NCBI GenBank assembly: GCA_963735805.1
Contig: CAVTMK010000002.1
Coordinates: 224,001 to 288,000 of the forward strand
Length of the DNA: 64,000 bases
DNA from: an uncultured Verrucomicrobiae bacterium
GTDB lineage: Bacteria; Verrucomicrobiota; Verrucomicrobiia; Chthoniobacterales; UBA10450
Reading direction: 5' to 3'
How positions within the stretch are numbered: position 1 is the first letter of the stretch; every line of letters starts with the position of its first letter. A program made the position numbers and the translations under genes. Below, piece by piece: positions 1 through 12,031 of the stretch. Under the pieces are notes generated by a model that had not been told where the DNA came from, did not search any database, and saw only the letters and a list, made by a program, of their open reading frames with translations.

Positions 1-838
1 CGCCGTGTTCGGTGTAAATTTCGACAAATCGATAGCCGAATTGAACATCGCGCCAGCTGTAATCTTTTTGCGTTTGAACGGCAGCCGCAATGACAGGATC
101 GATTCCAACCACTGAGACAATAAAGAGGACCCGGCTGGATTCGAGCGACTCGGGAGTTGCTCCAAACAGCGGACTGGTTTCGTCGATCGTATGCCGCAAA
201 GTGAGTGCCGCGGGAAAAACCGTCAACCGATCGAAGTGAAGTTTGAGAACATAAAAGTGACGGAAATCTCCGCCTTCGAGCAACGGTTCATCGCGCGAAA
301 ACATGATCCGAAACTCGGCTTCTACCATGCTGTGCTGGTTTTCGTTACCAATCCGCACCATCAAAGTCGGCTTCCCATTTAACGGCGCGACAACAATGGA
401 ATTACTGAACATGACGCGCGCAAACGGACGCGAAAAGCGAACAAAGATCAGCCCAGTCATCACCGCGAGCAAAAACAGGCCGCTCATAATTTCAATGGTG
501 GTAACGATGTGGCCATACAGCGTTTGCGGATACATGTGGCCATAGCCGACGGTGGCCAGCGTTTGTACGCTGAAAAAGAAGCAGTCAAAAAACCGATGCC
601 CACCAGTGCTACCGGCAATGCTGTTTTGCTGGAAACTGTAGAGCCCCGCAAAAAAAAGGTTTAACCCGACGTAAAGAGTGGCAGCAAACGCCGCGAACCG
701 CGGCCAACTCAAACCGAGCAGCCAGCGATAGACATCCCGCCACCTCCAATGGTCCGTCCCAACTTTGACGAATTCCACCTGGCCGGCACGGACAGAAACG
801 GGAGCGGGGTTTCTCCTCGTTATCGGTATTGGCAACAT
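1..838 (-). CDS. Inward-rectifier potassium channel (KirBac-like), 3' end runs off the window
   Basis: Not in the ORF track. Manual translation from ATG 838 gives MLPIPITRRNPA...WRDVYRWLLGLSWPRF...FFFSVQTLATVGYGHMYP...FVRFSRP...GKPTLMVRIGN, with the TVGYG selectivity filter. No stop before base 1. Confidence 0.9.
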   Translation of the reverse strand, partial: MLPIPITRRNPAPVSVRAGQVEFVKVGTDHWRWRDVYRWLLGLSWPRFAAFAATLYVGLNLFFAGLYSFQQNSIAGSTGGHRFFDCFFFSVQTLATVGYGHMYPQTLYGHIVTTIEIMSGLFLLAVMTGLIFVRFSRPFARVMFSNSIVVAPLNGKPTLMVRIGNENQHSMVEAEFRIMFSRDEPLLEGGDFRHFYVLKLHFDRLTVFPAALTLRHTIDETSPLFGATPESLESSRVLFIVSVVGIDPVIAAAVQTQKDYSWRDVQFGYRFVEIYTEHG

Positions 839-898
839 ATGGCGAAATAGCGCAGAAATGCCGTGACAAGATTTCTGCCAATTAGATAAACAAACTCT

Positions 899-1177
899 GT
901 GAGACAGACACTGTTTGCAACCGTATTGAGCGCCAGCCTCATGGCGAACGGGGTATCATAAGCGTCTCCGCAACCAAGCAAAGTCGCATCAAACGCGCCA
1001 GTTCCAATAAGGTTGACGCCGTTCACGTCGTTATCCGTTCCGGAGCGGATTTGGAGCAGATCTTCACCTATTTTCCGTATCCCGATATACCCGCCCAGTA
1101 TCGATTTGCCAAAATAACCGGGACGGGCATCTGTCGATTGACAGTCGACTCGCGAGGCAAAATTACAGAGATCTAAA
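899..1177 (+). pseudogene. Disrupted TonB C-terminal-domain-like protein remnant
   Basis: Signal-like VRQTLFATVLSASLMANGVS* in one frame. A different frame reads FTYFPYPDIPAQYRFAKITGTGICRLTVDSRGKITEI*, which resembles the start of TonB_C. Internal stop plus frameshift. Confidence 0.4.
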
Positions 1178-1290
1178 ACACTCATTCGCTGGCGCGCTAA
1201 GCCTGGTCCGACCCGAATTGTAGATACGCCATGGACCGTTTCTGCAGGTTACCGCTTGATCACCAACGAAGGATCGCATATCCCGAGACG

Positions 1291-1902
1291 CTAACTTTTT
1301 CGTTTCGCGTTCAACCCGGAAACGAATTCTGTGATCATTTGGAGGATTTGTTGATCGATATCCTCTTGCGTCTTTCCTGCCGCCTGAAGCTGGCGTTTCA
1401 ACACGCGCAGGGAATGGTCCGCTCCTTCAACGACATGCAAAACGTTTTGCGTTTTCATTTCCGTGCGAACGCGCTCAAGGAGATCTAACGGGCAAAGCGG
1501 ATCCCGGGTGCCTTGCACAAAAAGAATTGGCGTAGTCAGGGCGCGCAAAACTTCATCGCGGAGTTTTGTGCGATCTCCCATCGCGCAGAGCGGGTATCCG
1601 AGGCAAACGAGTCCGTCTACCTTTTCTTCGAGTGAAAGATGACATCCAACACGGCCTCCCATGCTCTTACCAATCAGAATCGCTAATTTGGTCGGATGCC
1701 GTTTTCTCGCGGCGCTGAACGCATGTTGGTGCGCCGCGATAAGTTTTGCCAATGGATCGGGACGCCTGCGGCCTTCGCGCATGTAATCGTAATCGAACGT
1801 CTCGACGTCGCCAATCTCCGACAAACGATTTTTCCAATTTTGGATCCAGGTATGCGATGATGGCGCGCCTGCTCCGGGAGCAAATAAAATCAAGGGTTTC
1901 AT
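1291..1902 (-). CDS. Alpha/beta hydrolase family protein
   Basis: GKSMGG nucleophile elbow, QGTRD and ADH motifs. Start taken at MKPLILF. Confidence 0.85.
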   Translation of the reverse strand: MKPLILFAPGAGAPSSHTWIQNWKNRLSEIGDVETFDYDYMREGRRRPDPLAKLIAAHQHAFSAARKRHPTKLAILIGKSMGGRVGCHLSLEEKVDGLVCLGYPLCAMGDRTKLRDEVLRALTTPILFVQGTRDPLCPLDLLERVRTEMKTQNVLHVVEGADHSLRVLKRQLQAAGKTQEDIDQQILQMITEFVSGLNAKRKS

Positions 1903-1959
1903 AAGTTGTGATTGGCCTCCGCAGCAGCAGAGCCCCACAATCTTCGTACTCGGCCGGAG

Positions 1960-2658
1960 TTAAACAAAGAGCCTTGGCAAGACGTTCGCAACAAAATCCA
2001 CCAACCCGTGACCGATCATGTTGGCCACCAGGTCGCGACGCCACAAATAGAATCCGGTCAGGATTGCACCTGCCGCGAGTGCGATAAGAACGTTAGCCGC
2101 GCCGCCGGACCAATGGCCGAGCGAAAAAATAACCAGAGGAATTGTGACCGACCAGAAGCGTCCAAGACCAATCATGCGCAGACGTTCGATCGCGTAACCG
2201 CGGTAAAATAGTTCCTCCACCACTCCAGCCCGGAAAACGATCAGCGTAATTAACCACAGCGGAAGTTTCTCGAAGGCAGCCGATCCGGGACCGTGCCCAT
2301 AGCCTGTAAGATGGGCCAGGCCGCCCACCACTGTTGCCGATACGACCGCGATTACGAACCCCCATAAAATAGACGCCCACCAGCGGGTTGTACCCAAACC
2401 GATCGAACGCAGAGACAAATGTTCGCCGCGCCGAATGATAATCAGGAGAGCGACTGCGCTCAGCCAGTATAGAGCTTCTTTAAGAATCGCCCAGCCGAAC
2501 GTGACTTCAGGCACAAAGAAAACCAGCGCGTAGCGAATCGCTACCATCGCGAACAAAGAAATAAAAAGTCCAAGCCAGGTGGCATGTGACACTTTTGCGG
2601 CGACCAAATTCTTATCCGTCACAAGAAACGGTTGTAATCCGACATTGTCTGTTTCCAT
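1960..2658 (-). CDS. CPBP (CAAX/Abi) family intramembrane glutamic endopeptidase
   Basis: EELFYRG, FSLGH and GHGLVD motifs; multiple TM segments. Confidence 0.9.
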   Translation of the reverse strand: METDNVGLQPFLVTDKNLVAAKVSHATWLGLFISLFAMVAIRYALVFFVPEVTFGWAILKEALYWLSAVALLIIIRRGEHLSLRSIGLGTTRWWASILWGFVIAVVSATVVGGLAHLTGYGHGPGSAAFEKLPLWLITLIVFRAGVVEELFYRGYAIERLRMIGLGRFWSVTIPLVIFSLGHWSGGAANVLIALAAGAILTGFYLWRRDLVANMIGHGLVDFVANVLPRLFV

Positions 2659-2753
2659 AAATCTCCATTAGGATGCTGTGGTAGGGGATTTGGATTCAAC
2701 AAATCGGAGAATTTCTCCTGCGTCGAATCTACTTTGCGCTATCGCCCGTTGCT

Positions 2754-4046
2754 CTATTGGACGGTCACAAGCGTCCCGATCGGGATTTCCGAGAAGAACT
2801 TGCGAGCAGCTTCCTCAGGGAGTCGAATGCAACCATGTGAGGCTGGATAATTCGGCACGATGCCCGCGTGCATTCCGAAGTCGAGGCAACTCAACCGCAT
2901 GAAATAGGGCATCTCCACGTGGTAAATGGTAGAGCGATGGTTTCGTTCTTTATTGGTAATTACAAAGTCGCCTCTGCGCGTGGCATAGCCCTGGCGTCCA
3001 GTTGAGCATTGCGTGCGATACACCGGCACGCCGTTTTTAAAGAGAGCAACCCTTTGCAAGGCAAGAGAAATCTCCACGCGTAATTGATCCGGTGGAGGCC
3101 CGCCACCGAGAAGAATTTGCGAGGAACGCCAATGACCCGTTTCCGCGGCGATGTCGAGCGCCGACATTTTGTCGCGCTTGGTCAGTTGATTTCGGGCTGC
3201 GCCTGTCGCAAGCAGAGCGCGCAAGTAGTCTTCCCGGTCAAGGCCTGCCGCCAGCATCAGCATGGTGAGTCCCTTGTCGCCTTCAACGTAACTGGTGAAC
3301 GATTTCGATGGAAAGAGTGCCAGAAAATCTTTGTCACAGCGCGATGGCAGAACCGTGTTGGGGTCGGCGCCACAGTTCAAAAGCGCGCTAAAGAGAGAGG
3401 AGTCATTGCCAGCGATTGCGTACGCCAGCAATGGAACATTTTTTCCCTCAGGCGTTGGAGGGGCGGAGTGTTTGCTGAGCAGCAACCGGATTTCGTCCTT
3501 GTCTCCGGTCATCAAGGCTGCCTGAAGAGCGCGCTGTGCACTGCTGCGCCAGTCAGGCATCTTGGGCAACTGTTCCACAACAGACCTGACGATTTCCGAG
3601 TTGCCGCCATCGAGTGCTACGCCCAGCAAATCACTTCCATCTTTGCAGCGCGCTTCAGCGTGAAGATTGGCGGAACGAGCCAGCAATTCGCGGAAAATTT
3701 CGAGGTTGCCGTGCATGGCGGCGGCCATCAACGGCGTAAACCCGTTTTTGTCAGCAAGATCGACCAACGCACCGACACCCATTAAACGCTGTGCCGTTTT
3801 CCAATCCTGCTGTGAAGTTGCAATCAGCAACGGCGTCCGGCCCTGCGCGTCATGGCCGTTTGGATCGACGTGATCAATCAGGCACAATTCGATGAGCGAG
3901 TCGCGCTGAATTGTAACGGCCCGAACCAGTTCGCTCGACGAAATCGAGATGTGTGCAAAGGGCTCAGGTCCAAGCGCAGTTGCCCAGAACAACATTAAAA
4001 GTACGACGCCTGCCGGGAAGACAAATCGCCTCTTAAACACGCGCAT
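2754..4046 (-). CDS. Ankyrin-repeat L,D-transpeptidase (YkuD domain) fusion
   Basis: N-terminal hydrophobic leader, ankyrin repeats (GRTPLLIA, GFTPLMAAA, MSALDIAA) and C-terminal HAG...ASHGCIRL catalytic motif. Start moved to MRVFKRR to avoid overlap with htrA. Confidence 0.85.
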   Translation of the reverse strand: MRVFKRRFVFPAGVVLLMLFWATALGPEPFAHISISSSELVRAVTIQRDSLIELCLIDHVDPNGHDAQGRTPLLIATSQQDWKTAQRLMGVGALVDLADKNGFTPLMAAAMHGNLEIFRELLARSANLHAEARCKDGSDLLGVALDGGNSEIVRSVVEQLPKMPDWRSSAQRALQAALMTGDKDEIRLLLSKHSAPPTPEGKNVPLLAYAIAGNDSSLFSALLNCGADPNTVLPSRCDKDFLALFPSKSFTSYVEGDKGLTMLMLAAGLDREDYLRALLATGAARNQLTKRDKMSALDIAAETGHWRSSQILLGGGPPPDQLRVEISLALQRVALFKNGVPVYRTQCSTGRQGYATRRGDFVITNKERNHRSTIYHVEMPYFMRLSCLDFGMHAGIVPNYPASHGCIRLPEEAARKFFSEIPIGTLVTVQ

Positions 4047-4191
4047 ATGCAGGGTTGGGCCGGCTATTATACAGGCGTCGTCCAGCACTGTAGTAGACGG
4101 GGGGGTGGACTGCGAGCCTACCTTTGAACAAGCCGGGATTGGACGTATCCAGTTGAACGTTGCATGTTCCGGGCTGTCCAAATTCCAACCA

Positions 4192-5658
4192 ATGCGCTTA
4201 TCCATTTTCACCCTGTGCGTCGCAGTGAGTACATCGTTTGCCGCGCAACCTGAGGCTGTCCCCACGGCGACTGTTCCTGCCGCCGTGGCCGAAGCTGGCA
4301 AAGATGTCGTTCATCAGTTAAATAATGCTTTCGCAAAAGTCTTCGAAACAGTCGCGCCGAGCGTTGTTATTATAGAGGTTTCCAAGAAAAACGATATCAC
4401 CGAAAATTCGCCGCTCGACGATTTGTTTTTCCAGGGGCCGCCCGATGACAATAATCCGCGGCGGAGCCCAGGCGCGCAGCGCCAGATCCAAAGCGAAGGC
4501 TCCGGTTTTGTCGTCCGGCCGGATGGTTATATTTTCACGAACTTTCACGTCGTTGAAGGGGCAGACAAGATTGATGTGAAGTTAAAGGACGGCCGCAATT
4601 TTCCGGCAAAGGTCGTAGGTACTGACGAAAAGACTGATATTGCGGTCATCAAAATCGACGCCAAAGATTTGCCCGTTGTCCAGCTGGGCGACAGCGACGC
4701 GGTGCGGGTGGGCCAGTTTGCATTCGCGATCGGTGCTCCATTCAAGCTTGATTACACTTTTACTTACGGTGTGGTCAGCGGCAAAGGCAGAAGCAAATTG
4801 CTTCAGACGGGCGCTTACTCCATCTCCGATTATTTGCAGACCGATGCTTCGATTAATCCGGGTAACAGCGGAGGCCCGCTCTGCGACATCGACGGCAAAG
4901 TAATCGGCATGAACACTCTGATTAACGGTATGAATCGCGGATTGGGCTTCGCAATCCCCAGTAACATGGCCAGGGAAATCGGCAGCGAACTGATTGCTGG
5001 TCACAAAATCTCGCGTCCCTGGCTGGGCATCCGGATCGAGACGCTCGGTGACGATCCGGATATCCGCGATTTGTTCAAAGGCGCCGATCGAGGCGTGATC
5101 GTTCGCACGATTGAAGCCGATGCGCCTGCTTCCAAAAGTGATTTGCGACCGTTCGACGTAATTACGCACCTGGATGGAACGCCGATCGAATCGGACTCAC
5201 AGCTCCAGCATGAGATTTTGAAAAAGAAAATCGGTCAAAGCGTTCAACTGACTGTCTGGCGCAAAGGCCAAACCATCAAAGTCCCCATCAAAACTGGTGA
5301 ATTACCTGGCGAAATTGCGCGAACGTCGAATACTCTGCCGACGCAGCCGCCGCAGCCGAAGCAGGAAAGCGTGGGCAAATTTGGGTTACAAGTTCAGGAA
5401 TTGACCAAAGACGTTGCGGAACGCCTGCATCTGCCAGTCCAGCAAGGGGTGGTGGTAACCGATGTCGAGGAAAATAGCATTGCTGCCGGACAGGACATTC
5501 AGCGTGAAGACGTGATTACCGAAGTGGACGGTAAGCCGGTCGCGAACGTGCAGTCATTCCGCGAGGCGCTAAATAAAGCCGATCCGAAACGCGGTGTTCT
5601 TCTCTATCTCGACCGCAAAGGCAGCAAAACGTTCGCAGTCTTAAAGGCCGGCGATTAG
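4192..5658 (+). CDS. htrA: HtrA/DegP-family serine protease with two PDZ domains
   Basis: Signal peptide; intact triad TNFHVV, KTDIAV, INPGNSGGPL; two PDZ-like regions. Confidence 0.93.
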   Translation: MRLSIFTLCVAVSTSFAAQPEAVPTATVPAAVAEAGKDVVHQLNNAFAKVFETVAPSVVIIEVSKKNDITENSPLDDLFFQGPPDDNNPRRSPGAQRQIQSEGSGFVVRPDGYIFTNFHVVEGADKIDVKLKDGRNFPAKVVGTDEKTDIAVIKIDAKDLPVVQLGDSDAVRVGQFAFAIGAPFKLDYTFTYGVVSGKGRSKLLQTGAYSISDYLQTDASINPGNSGGPLCDIDGKVIGMNTLINGMNRGLGFAIPSNMAREIGSELIAGHKISRPWLGIRIETLGDDPDIRDLFKGADRGVIVRTIEADAPASKSDLRPFDVITHLDGTPIESDSQLQHEILKKKIGQSVQLTVWRKGQTIKVPIKTGELPGEIARTSNTLPTQPPQPKQESVGKFGLQVQELTKDVAERLHLPVQQGVVVTDVEENSIAAGQDIQREDVITEVDGKPVANVQSFREALNKADPKRGVLLYLDRKGSKTFAVLKAGD

Positions 5659-5876
5659 CTCCTTCGGCTGCCGATAACTACCAGCGCAATCCCACCGATC
5701 AGGCAAATTCCGCTGGCAATGGGTGGAAACGCAATTCCGTGGCTCTCCTTGTGAGTGATCTCAAGGGGACCGAGTTGCGCGTCTTTCTTTTGCGTCGTCC
5801 AGCCTAGTCCACCCCAGGCGAATCCAACGATGCCGATGATAATAAGGACGATGCCGAGGATGGCGGCTGGTTTCAT
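5655..5876 (-). CDS. Small two-TM membrane protein (DUF3185-like)
   Basis: Two hydrophobic helices flanking a QLGPLEIT motif. Confidence 0.7.
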   Translation of the reverse strand: MKPAAILGIVLIIIGIVGFAWGGLGWTTQKKDAQLGPLEITHKESHGIAFPPIASGICLIGGIALVVIGSRRS

Positions 5877-5886
5877 TCAGGGGAGG

Positions 5887-6036
5887 CTATAACGGGCGCC
5901 GGCCTTGGATCAATTGAATAATCAGCACCACAATCGCAATGACGAGCAGGATGTGAATGAATCCGCCCATCGTATAGGAACTGACCAGTCCAAGGAGCCA
6001 GAGCACAAGCAAGATCACGAATATTGTCCAGAGCAT
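5887..6036 (-). CDS. lmo0937-family small membrane protein
   Basis: MLWTIFVILLVLWLLGLVSSYTMGGFIHILLVIA; AAGGAA RBS upstream. Confidence 0.85.
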   Translation of the reverse strand: MLWTIFVILLVLWLLGLVSSYTMGGFIHILLVIAIVVLIIQLIQGRRPL

Positions 6037-6152
6037 ATATTCCTTTCGGTTAGCTACATGTTCTTCGTGGGCTGCTGTTCCGCTGCGCTTATGAAAAACC
6101 AAAATTTCTGCCCGGGTCCGGCCTTGTAGCATTGTTCCCTGAATTACGCCAG

Positions 6153-7955
6153 CTACAGCCTTCCCACTATGGACCGCAGGTTCCAGTCCGCCGCTTCGAG
6201 TTGCCGCCGCGCCGAATCGTAATCGCACTGCGCGAGATTAGCGACGACTCTCACGGCGCGGTCGCGCAGTTTCGCACTGGTGGTGTGCAGATCGATCATC
6301 AGGTTCCCGCGCACTTTGCCAAGCGCGACCATCGCTCCGGTGCTGACAATGTTTAGCGCAACCTTGGTCGCCGTTCCGGCCTTCAACCTGGTCGAGCCGG
6401 TCAAGATCTCGGGACCAACGGCAAGTGCTATCATAAGATCCGTACCGCTGTAACCACGGCCCTGTGGGTCGTCGCTTGGACCGGCCACAGGTCGGTGGTT
6501 ACAATGCGGATTGCACGTGAGCAGAATCGTTTTTGCGCCTAACGACTTTGCGCGGCCAACTGCACCGAGGACAAAAGGTGTGCGGCCGCTCGCGGTAATC
6601 CCGATGACAATATCGCCGTTTTTTATTCCTCTCTCCTGCATTACCAGTGCGCCTGCAGATTCTTCGTCTTCCGCACCTTCGACGCTGCGATAGAGCGCGG
6701 TCACCCCGCCGGCGATGATTCCCTGCACAAGGTCGGGCGAACCTCCAAAAGTTGGCGGGATTTCGCTTGCATCGAGGACGCCAATGCGGCCGCTGCTACC
6801 GGCGCCGACATAAAACAACCGGCCACGATTCCGCAGCGCTTCAGCCACCATTTCAATAGCTTTGGCGAGATCGGCAATAGTTCCACGTAGTGCGTCCTCG
6901 ACAAATTTCTCTTCCTCTACAAAAAGTTCCGCCAGTTGTCGTGCGTTCATTTTTTGCAGGTTCTCCGAACGCGGATTGCGCTGTTCAGTAAGCGCGGCGG
7001 CCAGATCTTCAATTTCCTTTTCAGAAAGCTTAGGCTGACTCTTAACGGGATCGCCCGTCTCCGCTGCAAGCCATGCGGAGCCGAGTTCCGGAGGACGCTC
7101 AACGATCGTCACGCGAGCATCGGGCAAATTTTTCTTGAGTCTGCGTCGAAAGGCGTGTGTGTAGATAGAGTCACGATGAAAGAGGCCGCCCATCAGCGCA
7201 ACTTTGGGCGCGAGCAGATGCAGACGAGTAGCTACCGCCTCGGTGTATTCGCAGAGTACGCGAGCGCCTTCTTCGACGATCTCATTCACACGCGCGTCGC
7301 CGCCAGCTGCGGCTTCGAACACCACCGGGGCCAGGGCGGCAATCTCCATTTTGTCTGCGGTTTGGGCCCAGCGAACAAGTTCATCCAGATTGTTCAACGA
7401 AAGCGCGCGCAGGATTTTCGCAGTGAACTGCATCACTCCGCAGTGCAGATCGTATTCGCGTAAGATCAGGCGCAGCGCTTCAATCGAGAGGAAATAACCG
7501 CCGCCGGTGTCACCCAAGATATGCCCCCAACCACCAGCCCTCTCGATTCGATCCCCGCGCCGACCGGTTACCGAAGATCCGCTTCCGGCATTGACCACAA
7601 TACCGTCACCATGGTCGAGGGCCGCCGCCAGTCCGGAATCACGATCACTGCCCGTCACGATTTTCGCATTTGGCCAAATATCCCTGCAAATGAGCGCGAG
7701 TGATCGGCGATCTGCCTCGGTCCCGCAGCCGGCGAGAAAAACTCCTGCACGCTCGATTTGTTTTGGCAACTCGGCCAAAATTTCGTGCAAACGTTCCGGA
7801 GTTGTCAGCCGGAGGTTAGATGGCGGCAGTTTGCCTTGATCGAGAATTCGAAATTCTGTGCCGGCGTCACCGCTGGAAATGATCGCCTCCACTAACACCC
7901 AGGCGGTTTTTGTTCCGCCTCCTTCGACACCGAGGATGCGCTCACCGGATTTCAC
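6153..7955 (-). CDS. murQ: Fused BadF/MurK-type amino-sugar kinase and N-acetylmuramic acid 6-phosphate etherase
   Basis: N-half: GVEGGGTKT, NAGSGS, GGWGHILGD. C-half: LTEQRNP, GAGSSGRIGVLDASEIPPTF, GPEILTGSTRLKAGTATK, GKVRGNLMID. Confidence 0.92.
   Translation of the reverse strand: MKSGERILGVEGGGTKTAWVLVEAIISSGDAGTEFRILDQGKLPPSNLRLTTPERLHEILAELPKQIERAGVFLAGCGTEADRRSLALICRDIWPNAKIVTGSDRDSGLAAALDHGDGIVVNAGSGSSVTGRRGDRIERAGGWGHILGDTGGGYFLSIEALRLILREYDLHCGVMQFTAKILRALSLNNLDELVRWAQTADKMEIAALAPVVFEAAAGGDARVNEIVEEGARVLCEYTEAVATRLHLLAPKVALMGGLFHRDSIYTHAFRRRLKKNLPDARVTIVERPPELGSAWLAAETGDPVKSQPKLSEKEIEDLAAALTEQRNPRSENLQKMNARQLAELFVEEEKFVEDALRGTIADLAKAIEMVAEALRNRGRLFYVGAGSSGRIGVLDASEIPPTFGGSPDLVQGIIAGGVTALYRSVEGAEDEESAGALVMQERGIKNGDIVIGITASGRTPFVLGAVGRAKSLGAKTILLTCNPHCNHRPVAGPSDDPQGRGYSGTDLMIALAVGPEILTGSTRLKAGTATKVALNIVSTGAMVALGKVRGNLMIDLHTTSAKLRDRAVRVVANLAQCDYDSARRQLEAADWNLRSIVGRL
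6449..6503. repeat. REP-like palindrome located in frame inside murQ
   Basis: TGTAACCAC...CCTGTGG...CCACAGG...GTGGTTACA; 9-bp perfect terminal inverted repeat. Confidence 0.7.
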
Positions 7956-8014
7956 GCCTTGTTATGCTTAACCGTTTTCGCTGGAAATTAAAAGCATTGT
8001 TGGCCTCGAGAAAT

Positions 8015-10310
<2,296 letters not shown>

Positions 10311-10352
10311 TCCCGCTGTGTGACGCTGGCTGGAGACTTTGCGATCGCCGAT

Positions 10353-11456
10353 TTACGGCATTGGCGGCTCGTCGGAACCTAGCGAAAGAGGTATTCCCTG
10401 GTTCATTCTGGGCGAAGCGGGAGAAGCAATTAACGGGTTGGCGCGACGACTGTCCGGATGAAGATCCGCGCGAACGTCAAAGCTCAGCTTCTGGTTGCCG
10501 CGTATGACCGTAACCGGGACAACGTCGCCAGCAGTGACGTAAAACGAAGCATCGATTACATCCTCGGCTCTGGCGATTCTTTTCTGCCCAAGCTGCAGGA
10601 GAATGTCGCCCTGTTTTATCCCGGACTTGGCCGCCGGTGTGCCCTCCACGATCTGGGTTATTTCCACTCGCGAGCCTTCCGCCGGTTTGGGTGCTTCCAA
10701 AACCTGACTGACTCCGATCCAGCCGTCCCGCACCTCACCAAAACGGACAAAATCGCTGCGGATTTTCTCCGCTGCTTCAATCGGAACAGCGTAACAAGCT
10801 GAATTGTTTTCGATACCGGCCACCACGATGCCGACAACGTCTCCTTTCATGTTCAATAGCGGCGAACCAGCTTCGCCACGCTGAGTCGGCAAATTGGCGC
10901 GCAGGTGGACCGTAGAAAAATACTGACCGAGATATTTGCGATCTAGTCCCCCGATCAGCCCGAAATTGGGTGTCTCCGGTAAATCCAATGGGTATCCAAT
11001 CGCGATCACCGGCGTCGCCACCTCCATCTCCTCCGATTTACCCGCTGTCAGCGCTGGAGTGACAGCATCGATCTTCAAAATGGCGATTCCGCTGCGGAGG
11101 TCCTTTACCAACTGACGCGCGGGATATTTCCTTCCATTAAATTCGATCGTAAAATCTTCTGCTTCGCCGCCCACTGTATACGCCGTGTAGAGTGTGCCTG
11201 TTGGATCGATAAAAAATCCGGTGCCGCAAATTGGGCTGTGTTCATCGACACCATGAATCTTGACCACTGCTTTGGCGGCGCGATCAAAAATCTCTTTCAC
11301 CTGATGGCTAATCGCTGTAGCCGAGGCGGCCTGTGCCATGGCGCGCTGAAACATATCCTGGGGCCTATTCCCGGTCGTCCCGGCAGATTGCTGCTGTGCA
11401 AAGAGGAACGGAACGCCTGAACAGAAAATCACTGCAAATACAGCTTTACGAAGCAT
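10353..11456 (-). CDS. HtrA-like trypsin-fold/PDZ protein, predicted catalytically inactive
   Basis: Signal peptide; GTGFFID and AIGYPL motifs plus a PDZ. The triad positions read TAYTV, SGIAILK and GEAGSP. Confidence 0.85.
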   Translation of the reverse strand: MLRKAVFAVIFCSGVPFLFAQQQSAGTTGNRPQDMFQRAMAQAASATAISHQVKEIFDRAAKAVVKIHGVDEHSPICGTGFFIDPTGTLYTAYTVGGEAEDFTIEFNGRKYPARQLVKDLRSGIAILKIDAVTPALTAGKSEEMEVATPVIAIGYPLDLPETPNFGLIGGLDRKYLGQYFSTVHLRANLPTQRGEAGSPLLNMKGDVVGIVVAGIENNSACYAVPIEAAEKIRSDFVRFGEVRDGWIGVSQVLEAPKPAEGSRVEITQIVEGTPAAKSGIKQGDILLQLGQKRIARAEDVIDASFYVTAGDVVPVTVIRGNQKLSFDVRADLHPDSRRANPLIASPASPRMNQGIPLSLGSDEPPMP

Positions 11457-11529
11457 ACCAAGGCGCGAACTCTTAGCGTGCGTTACTGGATTGCGCAACC
11501 CGCCTGAGTCGAGTTGTCTTTTCTGCGGC

Positions 11530-12018
11530 CTAAAATCTGAAAGTCGGCTCATAACTCACGGGGACGCTATCGAGTACGTAGCGCGTCGGGGCTGCGACTC
11601 GGTGAGTCTGGGCGCTTTCACTAAAGCTGCGAAGCGGCTGCGTCCTGATCCGGACGATTCCGGGAGACGCAAGCGTCAATTCTTCTTCAGCATTCGCTGG
11701 CGCTGATAAGACCGGCGGACTCTGGAGAGCGACACGAGCTGCGTCCGGTTGCTGATAAATCTTTAATGAAATGACTGCGGCGCAGACCAGCACTGCCGCG
11801 ACGGCAGCCGGATACGAGGCAAGGGAACGAACATCCAGGCGGAGCATGAGACCGTGAGCGCGTTCAAGACAAATGCGCCACAGCGGCTGGCGAAGCATTT
11901 CATCACGCTGCCGGCGATGAAATTCATGAAGGAAATTCTCGAAATAGCCTGGTGGCGGTTGCTCGTAGCGCTTCAATCGAAGCAGCCTCGCAATTTCGTT
12001 ATCGTTAAACTCGTCCAT
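11530..12018 (-). CDS. Putative single-TM anti-sigma factor
   Basis: Immediately downstream of the ECF sigma; cytoplasmic N-terminus (LKRYEQPPPGYFENFL), one TM segment, C-terminal tail. Confidence 0.7.
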   Translation of the reverse strand: MDEFNDNEIARLLRLKRYEQPPPGYFENFLHEFHRRQRDEMLRQPLWRICLERAHGLMLRLDVRSLASYPAAVAAVLVCAAVISLKIYQQPDAARVALQSPPVLSAPANAEEELTLASPGIVRIRTQPLRSFSESAQTHRVAAPTRYVLDSVPVSYEPTFRF

Positions 12019-12031
12019 TTTTCAGCGCGGA

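Noticed and set aside
820..1185. 121-aa minus-strand ORF
   Set aside because: No recognisable motifs; it is the antisense shadow of the TonB_C-like remnant and overlaps the channel start.
3949..4301. Apparent head-to-head overlap of the LDT and htrA ORFs
   Set aside because: Internal starts (4046 and 4192) give proper signal sequences and remove the overlap.
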